This document shows, one piece after another, positions 27,001 through 40,600 of a stretch of 64,000 nt of DNA (positions within the stretch are counted from its first letter, which is position 1; the number at the start of each line of letters is the position of its first letter). This DNA is from Eledone cirrhosa (lineage: Eukaryota), in assembly GCA_964016885.1 (NCBI GenBank), contig OZ024742.1, positions 344,720,001 through 344,784,000 of the forward strand, written 5' to 3'. The notes beneath the pieces were generated by a model. That model searched no databases, had not been told where the DNA came from, and saw nothing but the letters and a program-made list of their open reading frames with translations. The translations under genes were made by a program, and so were the position numbers.

Positions 27001-28610
27001 CTTGTTAATACTGTTAGTTGACTTCCAGGAGGTTAGGGACCCCTCGTATACTTGTTAATACTCTTAGTAGACTTCCAGGAAGTTAGTGAACCATTGTATA
27101 CTTGTCAATACCGTTAGCAGACTTCCGGGAAGTTAGGGATCCCTGGTATACTTGTTGATACTGTTAGTAGACTTCTAGGAAGTTAGGAAACCATGGTATA
27201 CTTGTTAATACTGTTAGTAGATTTCCAGGAAGTTAGGAAACCATGGTTTTCTTGTTAATACTGTTAGTAGATTTCCAGGAAGTTAGGGAACTATGGTATA
27301 CTTGTTAATACTGTTAGTAGACTTCGAGGAAGTTAGGGTACCCTGGTATAATTGTTAATACTGTTAGTAGATTTCCAGGAAGTTACGGAACCCTGGTATA
27401 CTTGTTAATACTGTTAGTAGATTTCCAGGAAGCTAGGGAACTCTGGTATACTTGTTAATACTGTTAGTAGACTTCCAGGAAGCTAGGGAACCCTGGTATA
27501 CTTGTTAATACTGTTAGTAGACTTGCAGGAAGTTAGGGAACCCTGGTATACTTGTTGATACTGTTAGTAGACTTCCAGGAAGTTAGGGAACCATGGTATA
27601 CTTGTTAATACTGTTAGTAGATTTCCAGGAAGTTAGGAAGCCATGGTTTTCTTGTTAATACTGTTAGTAGATTTCCAGGAAGTTAGGGAACTATGGTATA
27701 CTTGTTAATACTGTTAGTAGACTTCGAGGAAGTTAGGGAACCCTGGTATACTTGTTAATACTGTTAGTAGACTTCCAGGAAGTTAGGGAAGCCTGGTATA
27801 CTTGTTAATACTGTTAGTAGATATCAAGGAAGTTGGGGAGCCCTGGTGTACTTGTTAATACTGGTACTAGACTTTCAGGAAGGTAGGGAACCCTGGTATA
27901 CTTGTTAATACTGTTAGTAGACTTTCAAGAAGTTAGGGAGCCCTGGTATACTTGTTAATACTGTTAGTAGACTTTCAGGAAGGTAGGCAACTATGGTATA
28001 CTTGTTAATACTGTTAGTAGACTTCCAGGAAGCTGGGGAACCCTGATATACTTGTTAATACTGTTAGTAGACTTCCAGGAAGTTAGGGAACCCTGGTATA
28101 CATGTTAATAATTTTAGTAGATTTCCAGAAAGTTAGGCAACCATGGTATACTTGTTAATATTGTTAGTAGACTTTCACGAAGCTAGGGAACCCTGGTATA
28201 CTTGTTAATACTGTTAGTAAACTTTCAGGTAGCTAGGGAACCCTGGTATACTTGTTAATAATTTTAGTAGACTTCCAGGAAGGTAGGGAACCCTGGTATA
28301 CTTGTTAATACTGTTAGTAGACTTCCAGGAAGTTAGGGAACCCTGGTATACTTGTTAATACTGTTAGTAGACTTCCAGGAATCTAGGGAACCCTGGTATA
28401 CTTGTTAATACTGTTAGTAGACTTCCTGGAAGTTAGGCAGCCCTGGTATACTTGTTAATATTGTTAGTAGACTTCCAGGAAGGTAGGGAACCCTGGTATA
28501 CTTGTTAATACTGTTAGAAGACTTCCATGAAGTTAGGGAACCCTGGTATACTTGTTAATACTGTTAGTAGATTTCTAGAAAGTTAGGGAACCTTGGTATA
28601 CTTGTTAATA
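24010..28610 (+). repeat. Tandem duplication of a 2,299-bp block (46 monomers), two essentially identical copies
   Basis: Marker pairs 2299 apart: GAGGCTAGGG 24031/26330, GATTTCTAGA 26271/28570. The intervening rare variants (CCCTGAATC, GATATCAAGG, GGACCCCTCG) recur in the same order. Confidence 0.93.
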
Positions 28611-31600
28611 CTGTTAGTAGACTTTCAGGAAGCTAGGGAACCCTGGTATACTTGTTAATACTGTTAGTAGACTTCCAGGAAGCTGGGGAACCCTGGTATA
28701 CTTGTTAGTACTGTCAGTAGACTTACAGGAAGGTAGGGAACCCTGGTATACTTGTTAATACTGTTAGTAGACTTCCAGGAAGGTAGGAAACCATGATATA
28801 CTTGTTAATACTGTTAGTAGACTTTCAGGAAGTTAGGGAACCCTGGTATACTTGTTAATACTGTTAGTAGACTTCCAGGAAGATGGGATCCCTGGTATAC
28901 TTGTTAATACTGTTACTAGACTTCCGGGAAGTTAGGGAACCCTGGTATACTTGTTAATACTGTTAGTAGACTTCCAGGAAGTTAGGGAACCCTGGTATAT
29001 TTGTTAATACTGTTAGTAGACTTCCAGGAAGTTGGGAACCATGGTATACTTGTTAATATTGTTAGTACACTTCCAGGAAGTTGGGGAACCCTGGTATACT
29101 TGTTAATACAGTTAGTAGACTTCCGCGAAGTTAGGGAGCCCTGGTATACTTGTTAATATTGTTAGTAGACTTCCAGGAAGCTAGGGAACACTGGTATACT
29201 TGTTAATACTGTTAGTAGATTTCCAGGAAGTTAGGGAACGCTGGTATACTTATTAATATTGTTAGTAGACTTTCAGGAATCTTGGGAACCCTGGTATACT
29301 TGTTAATAGTGTTAGTAGACTTTCAGGAAGCTAGGGAACCCTGGTATACTTGTTAATACTGTTAGTAGACTTTCAGGAATATAGGGAGCCCTGGTATACT
29401 TGTTAATACTGTTAGTAGACTTTCAGGAAGGTAGGGAACCATGGTATACTTGTCAATACCGTTAGCAGACTTCCGGGAAGTTAGGGAACCCTGGTATACT
29501 TGTTGATACTGTTAGTAGACTTCCAGGAAGTTAGGGAACCCTGGTATACTTGTTAATACTGTTAGTAGACTTTCAGGAAGCTAGGCAACCCTGGTATACT
29601 TGTTAATACTGTTAGTACACTTCCAGGAAGTTAGGAATCCATGGTTTTCTTGTTAATACTGTTAGTAGATTTCCAGGAAGTTAGGGAGCTATGGTATACT
29701 TGTTAATACTGTTAGTAGACTTCCAGGAAGTTGGGGAACCCTGGTATACTTGTTAATACTGTTAGTAGACTTCCGGGAAGTTAGGGAGCCCTGGTATACT
29801 TGTTAATATTGTTAGTAGACTTCCAGGAAGCTAGGGAACCCTGGTATACTTGTTAATACTGTTAGTAGACTTCCAGGAAGTTAGGGAACCCTGGTATACT
29901 TGTTGATACTGTTAATAGACTACCAGGAAGTTAGGGAACCATGGTATACTTGTTAATACAGTTAGTAGATTTCCAGGAAGTTAGGAAACCATGGTTTTCT
30001 TGTTAATACTGTTAGTAGACTTCCAGGAAGTTAGGGAACCATGGTATACTTGTTAATACTGTTAGTAGATTTCCAGGAAGTTAGGAAACCATGGTTTTCT
30101 TGTTAATACTGTTAGTAGATTTCCAGGAAGTTAGGGAACTATGGTATACTTGTTAATACTGTTAGTAGACTTCGAGGAAGTTAGGAAACCCTGGTATACT
30201 TGTTAATACTGTTAGTAGATTTCCAGGAAGTTACGGAACCCTGGTATACTTGTTAATACTGTTAGTAGATTTCCAGGAAGTTAGGGAACACTGGTATACT
30301 TGTTAATTCTGTTAGTAGACTTTCAGGAAGGTAGGGAACCATGGTATACTTGTTAATACTGTTAGTAGACTTTCAGGAAGCTAGGGAACCCTGGTATACT
30401 TGTTAATACTGTTAGTAGTCTTCCAGGAAGGTAGGTAACCCTGGTATACTTGTTAATACTGTTAGTAGACTTCCAGGAAGTTAGGGACCCATGGTATACT
30501 TTTTAATACTGTTAGTAGATTTCCATGAAGTTAGGGAACCATGGTATACTAGTTAATCCTGTTAGTAGACTTTCAGGAAGCTAGGGAACCCTGGTATACA
30601 TGTTAATACTGTTAGAAGACTTCCAGGAAGTTAGGGAACCCTGGTATACTTGTTAATACTGTTAGTAGACTTCCAAGAAGCTAGGAAACATTGGTATACT
30701 TGTTAATAATGTCAGTAGACTTCCAGGAAGTTAGGGAACCCTGGTATACTTGTTAATACTGTTATTAGACTTCCAGGAAGTTAGGGAACCCTGGTATACT
30801 TGTTAATACTGTTAGTAGACTTCCAGGAATCTAGGGAACCCTGGTATACTTGTTAATACTGTTAGTAGACTTCCTGGAAGTTAGGCAACCCTGGTATACT
30901 TGTTAATATTGTTAGTAGACTTCCAGGAAGGTAGGGAACCCTGGTATACATGTTAATACTGTTAGAAGACTTCCATGAAGTTAGGGAACCCTGGTATACT
31001 TGTTAATACTGTTAGTAGATTTCTAGAAAGTTAGGGAACCTTGGTATACTTGTTAATACTGTTAGTAGACTTTCAGGAAGCTAGGGAACCCTGGTATACT
31101 TGTTAATACTGTTAGTAGACTTCCAGGAAGCTGGGGAACCCTGGTATACTGGTTAGTACTGTCAGTAGACTTACAGGAAGGTAGGGAACCCTGGTATACT
31201 TGTTAATACTGTTAGTAGACTTCCAGGAAGGTAGGAAACCATGATATACTTGTTAATACTGTTAGTAGACTTTCAGGAAGTTAGGGAACCCTGGTATACT
31301 TGTTAATACTGTTAGTAGACTTCCAGGAAGATGGGATCCCTGGTATACTTGTTAATACTGTTACTAGACTTCCGGGAAGTTAGGGAACCCTGGTATACTT
31401 GTTAATACTGTTAGTAGACTTCCAGGAAGTTAGGGAACCCTGGTATATTTGTTAATACTGTTAGTAGACTTCCAGGAAGTTGGGGAACCATGGTATACTT
31501 GTTAATATTGTTAGTACACTTCCAGGAAGTTGGGGAACCCTGGTATACTTGTTAATAGAGTTAGTAGACTTCCCCGAAGTTAGGGAGCCCTGGTATACTT

Positions 31601-34600
31601 GTTAATATTGTTAGTAGACTTCCAGGAAGCTAGGGAACACTGGTATACTTGTTAATACTGTTAGTAGATTTCCAGGAAGTTAGGGAACGCTGGTATACTT
31701 ATTAATATTGTTAGTAGACTTTCAGGAATCTTGGGAACCCTGGTATACTTGTTAATAGTGTTAGTAGACTTTCAGGAAGCTAGGGAACCCTGGTATACTT
31801 GTTAATACTGTTAGTAGACTTTCAGGAATATAGGGAGCCCTGGTAAACTTGTTAATACTGTTAGTAGATTTCCAGGAAGCTAGGGAACTCTGGTATACTT
31901 GTTAATACTGTTAGTAGACTTCCAGGAAGCTAGGGAACCCTGGTATACTTGTTAATACTGTTAGTAGACTTGCAGGAAGTTAGGGAACCCTGGTATACTT
32001 GTTAATACTGTTAGTAGACTTCCAGGAAGGTAGGGAACCCTGGTATACTTGTTAATACTGTTAGTTGACTTCCAGGAAGTTAGGGAACCCTGGTATACTT
32101 GTTAATACTCTTAGTAGACTTCCAGGAAGTTAGGGAACCATTGTATACTTGTCAATACCGTTAGCAGACTTCCGGGAAGTTAGGGAACCCTGGTATACTT
32201 GTTGATACTGTTAGTAGACTTCCAGGAAGTTAGGGAACCATGGTATACTTGTTAATACTGTTAGTAGATTTCCAGGAAGTTAGGAAGCCATGGTTTTCTT
32301 GTTAATACTGTTAGTAGATTTCCAGGAAGTTAGGGAACTATGGTATACTTGTTAATACTGTTAGTAGACTTCGAGGAAGTTAGGGAACCCTGGTATACTT
32401 GTTAATACTGTTAGTAGACTTCCAGGAAGTTAGGGAAGCCTGGTATACTTGTTAATACTGTTAGTAGATATCAAGGAAGTTGGGGAGCCCTGGTGTACTT
32501 GTTAATACTGGTACTAGACTTTCAGGAAGGTAGGGAACCCTGGTATACTTGTTAATACTGTTAGTAGACTTTCAAGAAGTTAGGGAGCCCTGGTATACTT
32601 GTTAATACTGTTAGTAGACTTTCAGGAAGGTAGGCAACTATGGTATACTTGTTAATACTGTTAGTAGACTTCCAGGAAGCTGGGGACCCCTGGTATACTT
32701 GTTAATACTGTTAGTAGACTTCCAGGAAGTTAGGGAACCCTGGTATACATGTTAATACTTTTAGTAGATTTCCAGAAAGTTAGGCAACCATGGTATACTT
32801 GTTAATATTGTTAGTAGACTTTCACGAAGCTAGGGAACCCTGGTATACTTGTTAATACTGTTAGTAAACTTTCAGGTAGCTAGGGAACCCTGGTATACTT
32901 GTTAATACTTTTAGTAGACTTCCAGGAAGGTAGGGAACCCTGGTATACTTGTTAATACTGTTAGTAGACTTCCAGGAATGTAGGGAACCCTGGTATACTT
33001 GTTAATACTGTTAGTAGACTTCCAGGAAGTTAGGGAACCCTGGTATACTTGTTAATACTGTTAGTAGACTTCCAGGAATCTAGGGAACCCTGGTATACTT
33101 GTTAATACTGTTAGTAGACTTCCTGGAAGTTAGGCAACCCTGGTATACTTGTTAATATTGTTAGTAGACTTCCAGGAAGGTAGGGAACCCTGGTATACTT
33201 GTTAATACTGTTAGAAGACTTCCATGAAGTTAGGGAACCCTGGTATACTTGTTAATACTGTTAGTAGATTTCTAGAAAGTTAGGGAACCTTGGTATACTT
33301 GTTAATACTGTTAGTAGACTTTCAGGAAGCTAGGGAACCCTGGTATACTTGTTAATACTGTTAGTAGACTTCCAGGAAGCTGGGGAACCCTGGTATACTT
33401 GTTAGTACTGTCAGTAGACTTACAGGACGGTAGGGAACCCTGGTATACTTGTTAATACTGTTAGTAGACTTCCAGGAAGGTAGGAAACCATGATATACTT
33501 GTTAATACTGTTAGTAGACTTTCAGGAAGTTAGGGAACCCTCGTATACTTGTTAATACTGTTAGTAGACTTCCAGGAAGATGGGATCCCTGGTATACTTG
33601 TTAATACTGTTACTAGACTTCCGGGAAGTTAGGGAACCCTGGTATACTTGTTAATACTGTTAGTAGACTTCCAGGAAGTTAGGGAACCCTGGTATATTTG
33701 TTAATACTGTTAGTAGACTTCCAGGAAGTTGGGAACCATGGTATACTTGTTAATATTGTTAGTACACTTCCAGGAAGTTGGGGAACCCTGGTATACTTGT
33801 TAATACAGTTAGTAGACTTCCGCGAAGTTAGGGAGCCCTGGTATACTTGTTAATATTGTTAGTAGACTTCCAGGAAGCTAGGGAACACTGGTATACTTGT
33901 TAATACTGTTAGTAGATTTCCAGGAAGTTAGGGAACGCTGGTATACTTATTAATATTGTTAGTAGACTTTCAGGAATCTTGGGAACCCTGGTATACTTGT
34001 TAATAGTGTTAGTAGACTTTGAGGAAGCTAGGGAACCCTGGTATACTTGTTAATACTGTTAGTAGACTTTCAGGAATATAGGGAGCCCTGGTATACTTGT
34101 TAATACTGTTAGTAGACTTTCAGGAAGGTAGGGAACCATGGTATACTTGTCAATACCGTTAGCAGACTTCCGGGAAGTTAGGGAACCCTGGTATACTTGT
34201 TGATACTGTTAGTAGACTTCCAGGAAGTTAGGGAACCCTGGTATACTTGTTAATACTGTTAGTAGACTTTCAGGAAGCTAGGCAACCCTGGTATACTTGT
34301 TAATACTGTTAGTACACTTCCAGGAAGTTAGGAATCCATGGTTTTCTTGTTAATACTGTTAGTAGATTTCCAGGAAGTTAGGGAGCTATGGTATACTTGT
34401 TAATACTGTTAGTAGACTTCCAGGAAGTTGGGGAACCCTGGTATACTTGTTAATACTGTTAGTAGACTTCCGGGAAGTTAGGGAGCCCTGGTATACTTGT
34501 TAATATTGTTAGTAGACTTCCAGGAAGCTAGGGAACCCTGGTATACTTGTTAATACTGTTAGTAGACTTCCAGGAAGTTAGGGAACCCTGGTATACTTGT

Positions 34601-34629
34601 TAATACTGTTAGTAGATTTCCAGGAAGTT

Positions 34630-37600
34630 AGGGAACCATGGTATACTTGTTAATACTGTTAGTTGACTTCCAGGAAGTTAGGGAACCCTGGTATACTTGT
34701 TAATACTGTTAGTAGACTTTCAGGAAGTTAGGGTACCATTGTATACTTGTCAATACCGTTAGCAGACTTCCGGGAAGTTAGGGAACCCTGGTATACTTGT
34801 TGATACTGTTAATAGACTACCAGGAAGTTAGGGAACCATGGTATACTTGTTAATACAGTTAGTAGATTTCCAGGAAGTTAGGAAACCATGGTTTTCTTGT
34901 TAATACTGTTAGTAGACTTCCAGGAAGTTAGGGAACCATGGTATACTTGTTAATACTGTTAGTAGATTTCCAGGAAGTTAGGAAACCATGGTTTTCTTGT
35001 TAATACTGTTAGTAGATTTCCAGGAAGTTAGGGAACTATGGTATACTTGTTAATACTGTTAGTAGACTTCGAGGAAGTTAGGAAACCCTGGTATACTTGT
35101 TAATACTGTTAGTAGATTTCCAGGAAGTTACGGAACCCTGGTATACTTGTTAATACTGTTAGTAGATTTCCAGGAAGTTAGGGAACACTGGTATACTTGT
35201 TAATTCTGTTAGTAGACTTTCAGGAAGGTAGGGAACCATGGTATACTTGTTAATACTGTTAGTAGACTTTCAGGAAGCTAGGGAACCCTGGTATACTTGT
35301 TAATACTGTTAGTAGTCTTCCAGGAAGGTAGGTAACCCTGGTATACTTGTTAATACTGTTAGTAGACTTCCAGGAAGTTAGGGACCCATGGTATACTTTT
35401 TAATACTGTTAGTAGATTTCCATGAAGTTAGGGAACCATGGTATACTAGTTAATCCTGTTAGTAGACTTTCAGGAAGCTAGGGAACCCTGGTATACATGT
35501 TAATACTGTTAGAAGACTTCCAGGAAGTTAGGGAACCCTGGTATACTTGTTAATACTGTTAGTAGACTTCCAAGAAGCTAGGAAACATTGGTATACTTGT
35601 TAATAATGTCAGTAGACTTCCAGGAAGTTAGGGAACCCTGGTATACATGTTAATACTGTTATTAGACTTCCAGGAAGTTAGGGAACCCTGGTATACTTGT
35701 TAATACTGTTAGTAGACTTCCAGGAATCTAGGGAACCCTGGTATACTTGTTAATACTGTTAGTAGACTTCCTGGAAGTTAGGCAACCCTGGTATACTTGT
35801 TAATATTGTTAGTAGACTTCCAGGAAGGTAGGGAACCCTGGTATACTTGTTAATACTGTTAGAAGACTTCCATGAAGTTAGGGAACCCTGGTATACTTGT
35901 TAATACTGTTAGTAGATTTCTAGAAAGTTAGGGAACCTTGGTATACTTGTTAATAGTGTTAGTAGACTTTCAGGAAGCTAGGGAACCCTGGTATACTTGT
36001 TAATACTGTTAGTAGACTTCCAGGAAGCTGGGGAACCCTGGTATACTTGTTAGTACTGTCAGTAGACTTACAGGAAGGTAGGGAACCCTGGTATACTTGT
36101 TAATACTGTTAGTAGACTTCCAGGAAGGTAGGAAACCATGATATACTTGTTAATACTGTTAGTAGACTTTCAGGAAGTTAGGGAACCCTGGTATACTTGT
36201 TAATACTGTTAGTAGACTTCCAGGAAGATGGGATCCCTGGTATACTTGTTAATACTGTTACTAGACTTCCGGGAAGTTAGGGAACCCTGGTATACTTGTT
36301 AATACTGTTAGTAGACTTCCAGGAAGTTAGGGAACCCTGGTATATTTGTTAATACTGTTAGTAGACTTCCAGGAAGTTGGGGAACCATGGTATACTTGTT
36401 AATATTGTTAGTACACTTCCAGGAAGTTGGGGAACCCTGGTATACTTGTTAATACAGTTAGTAGACTTCCCCGAAGTTAGGGAGCCCTGGTATACTTGTT
36501 AATATTGTTAGTAGACTTCCAGGAAGCTAGGGAACACTGGTATACTTGTTAATACTGTTAGTAGATTTCCAGGAAGTTAGGGAACGCTGGTATACTTATT
36601 AATATTGTTAGTAGACTTTCAGGAATCTTGGGAACCCTGGTATACTTGTTAATAGTGTTAGTAGACTTTCAGGAAGCTAGGGAACCCTGGTATACTTGTT
36701 AATACTGTTAGTAGACTTTCAGGAATATAGGGAGCCCTGGTAAACTTGTTAATACTGTTAGTAGACTTTCAGGAAGGTAGGGAACCATGGTATACTTGTC
36801 AATACCGTTAGCAGACTTCCGGGAAGTTAGGGAACCCTGGTATACTTGTTGATACTGTTATTAGACTTCCAGGAAGTTAGGGAACCCTGGTATACTTGTT
36901 AATACTGTTAGTAGATTTTCAGGAAGCTAGGCAACCCTGGTATACTTGTTAATACTGTTAGTACACTTCCAGGAAGTTAGGGAACCATGGTATACTTGTT
37001 AATACTGTTAGTAGATTTCCATGAAGTTAGGAAACCATGGTTTTCTTGTTAATACTGTTAGTAGATTTCCAGGAAGTTAGGGAGCTATGGTATACTTGTT
37101 AATACTGTTAGTAGACTTCCAGGAAGTTGGGGAACCCTGGTATACTTGTTAATACTGTTAGTAGACTTCCGGGAAGTTAGGGAGCCCTGGTATACTTGTT
37201 AATATTGTTAGTAGACTTCCAGGAAGCTAGGGAACCCTGGTATACTTGTTAATACTGTTAGTAGACTTCCAGGAAGTTAGGGAACCCTGGTATACTTGTT
37301 AATACTGTTAGTAGATTTCCAGGAAGTTAGGGAACCATGGTATACTTGTTAATATTGTTAGTAGACCTTCAGGAAGCTAGGGAACTCTGGTATACTTGTT
37401 AATAGTGTTAATAGACTTTCAGGAAGCTAGGGAACCCTGGTATACTTGTTAATACTGTTAGTAGACTTTCAGGAAGTTAGGGAACCCTGGTATACTTGTT
37501 AATATTGTTAGTATACTTCCAGGAAGGTAGGGAACCCTGGTATACTTGTTAATACTGTTAGTTGACTTCCAGGAAGTTAGGGAACCCTGGTATACTTGTT

Positions 37601-40600
37601 AATACTGTTAGTAGACTTCCAGGAAGTTAGGGTACCATTGTATACTTGTCAATACCGTTCGCAGACTTCCGGGAAGTTAGGGAACCCTGGTATACTTGTT
37701 GATACTGTTAATAGACTACCAGGAAGTTAGGGAACCATGGTATACTTGTTAATACAGTTAGTAGATTTCCAGGAAGTTAGGAAACCATGGTTTTGTTGTT
37801 AATACTGTTAGTAGACTTCCAGGAAGGTAGGTAACCCTGGTATACTTGTTAATACTGTTAGTAGACTTCCAGGAAGTTAGGGACCCATGGTATACTTTTT
37901 AATACTGTTAGTAGATTTCCATGAAGTTAGGGAACAATGGTATACTACTTAATACTGTTAGTAGACTTTCAGGAAGCTAGGGAACCCTGGTATACTTGTT
38001 AATACTGTTAGTAGACTTCCAGGAAGTTAGGGAACCCTGGTATACTTGTTAATACTGTTAGTAGACTTCCAAGAAGCTAGGAAACCTTGGTATACTTGTT
38101 AATAATGTTAGTAGACTTCCAGGAAGTTAGGAAACCCTGGTATACTTGTTAATACTGTTAGTAGACTTCCAGGAATCTAGGGAACCCTGGTATACTTGTT
38201 AATACTGTTAGTAGATTTCCAGGAAGTTAGGGAACCATGGTATACTTGTTAATACTGTTAGTAGACTTTCAGGACGCTAGGGAAGCATGGTATACATGTT
38301 AAACTGTTAGTAGACTTCCAGGAAGATAGGGATCCCTGGTATACTTGTTAATACTGTTAGTAGACTTTCAGGAAGTTAGGGAACCCTGGTATACTTGTTA
38401 ATACTGTTAGTAGACTTCCAGGAAGTTGGGGAACCATGGTATACTTGTTAATACTGTTAGTAGACTTCCAGGAAGTTGGGGAACCCTGGTATACTTGTTA
38501 ATACTGTTAGTAGCCTTCCGGGAAGTTAGGGAACCCTGGTATAATTGTTAATATTTTTAGTAGACTTCCAGGAAGCTAGGGAGCGCTGTTATACTTGTTA
38601 ATACTGTTAGTAGACTTCCAGGAAGTTAGGGAACCCGGGTATACTTGTTAATACTGTTAGTAGATTTCTAGGAAGATAGGGAACCATGGTATACTTGTTA
38701 ATATTGTTAGTAGACTTTCAGGAAGTTAGGGAACCCTGGTATACTTGTTAATACTGTTAGTAGACTTCCAGGAAGTTGGGGAACCATGGTATACTTGTTA
38801 ATACTGTTAGTAGACTTCCAGGAAGTTGGGGAATCCTGGTATAATTGTTAATATTTTTAGTAGACTTCCAGGAAGCTAGGGAGCGCTGTTATACTTGTTA
38901 ATACTGTTAGTAGACTTCCAGGAAGTTAGGGAACCCTGGTATACTTGTTAATACTGTTAGTAGATTTCTAGGAAGATAGTGAACCATGGTATACTTGTTA
39001 ATATTGTTAGTAGACTTTCAGGAAGTTAGGGAACCATGGTATACTTGTTAATACTGTTAGTTGACTTCCAGGAAGTTAGGGAACCCTGGTATACTTGTTA
39101 ATACTGTTAGTAGACTTTCAGGAAGTTAGGGTACCATTGTATACTTGTCAATACCGTTAGCAGACTTCCGGGAAGTTAGGGAACCCTGGTATACTTGTTG
39201 ATACTGTTAATAGACTACCAGGAAGTTAGGGAACCATGGTATACTTGTTAATACAGTTAGTAGATTTCCAGGAAGTTAGGAAACCATGGTTTTCTTGTTA
39301 ATACTGTTAGTAGACTTCCAGGAAGTTAGGGAACCATGGTATACTTGTTAATACTGTTAGTAGATTTCCAGGAAGTTAGGAAACCATGGTTTTCTTGTTA
39401 ATACTGTTAGTAGATTTCCAGGAAGTTAGGGAACTATGGTATACTTGTTAATACTGTTAGTAGACTTCGAGGAAGTTAGGAAACCCTGGTATACTTGTTA
39501 ATACTGTTAGTAGATTTCCAGGAAGTTACGGAACCCTGGTATACTTGTTAATACTGTTAGTAGATTTCCAGGAAGTTAGGGAACACTGGTATACTTGTTA
39601 ATTCTGTTAGTAGACTTTCAGGAAGGTAGGGAACCATGGTATACTTGTTAATACTGTTAGTAGACTTTCAGGAAGCTAGGGAACCCTGGTATACTTGTTA
39701 ATACTGTTAGTAGTCTTCCAGGAAGGTAGGTAACCCTGGTATACTTGTTAATACTGTTAGTAGACTTCCAGGAAGTTAGGGACCCATGGTATACTTTTTA
39801 ATACTGTTAGTAGATTTCCATGAAGTTAGGGAACCATGGTATACTAGTTAATCCTGTTAGTAGACTTTCAGGAAGCTAGGGAACCCTGGTATACATGTTA
39901 ATACTGTTAGAAGACTTCCAGGAAGTTAGGGAACCCTGGTATACTTGTTAATACTGTTAGTAGACTTCCAAGAAGCTAGGAAACATTGGTATACTTGTTA
40001 ATAATGTCAGTAGACTTCCAGGAAGTTAGGGAACCCTGGTATACATGTTAATACTGTTATTAGACTTCCAGGAAGTTAGGGAACCCTGGTATACTTGTTA
40101 ATACTGTTAGTAGACTTCCAGGAATCTAGGGAACCCTGGTATACTTGTTAATACTGTTAGTAGACTTCCTGGAAGTTAGGCAACCCTGGTATACTTGTTA
40201 ATATTGTTAGTAGACTTCCAGGAAGGTAGGGAACCCTGGTATACTTGTTAATACTGTTAGAAGACTTCCATGAAGTTAGGGAACCCTGGTATACTTGTTA
40301 ATACTGTTAGTAGATTTCTAGAAAGTTAGGGAACCTTGGTATACTTGTTAATAGTGTTAGTAGACTTTCAGGAAGCTAGGGAACCCTGGTATACTTGTTA
40401 ATACTGTTAGTAGACTTCCAGGAAGCTGGGGAACCCTGGTATACTTGTTAGTACTGTCAGTAGACTTACAGGAAGGTAGGGAACCCTGGTATACTTGTTA
40501 ATACTGTTAGTAGACTTCCAGGAAGGTAGGAAACCATGATATACTTGTTAATACTGTTAGTAGACTTTCAGGAAGTTAGGGAACCCTGGTATACTTGTTA

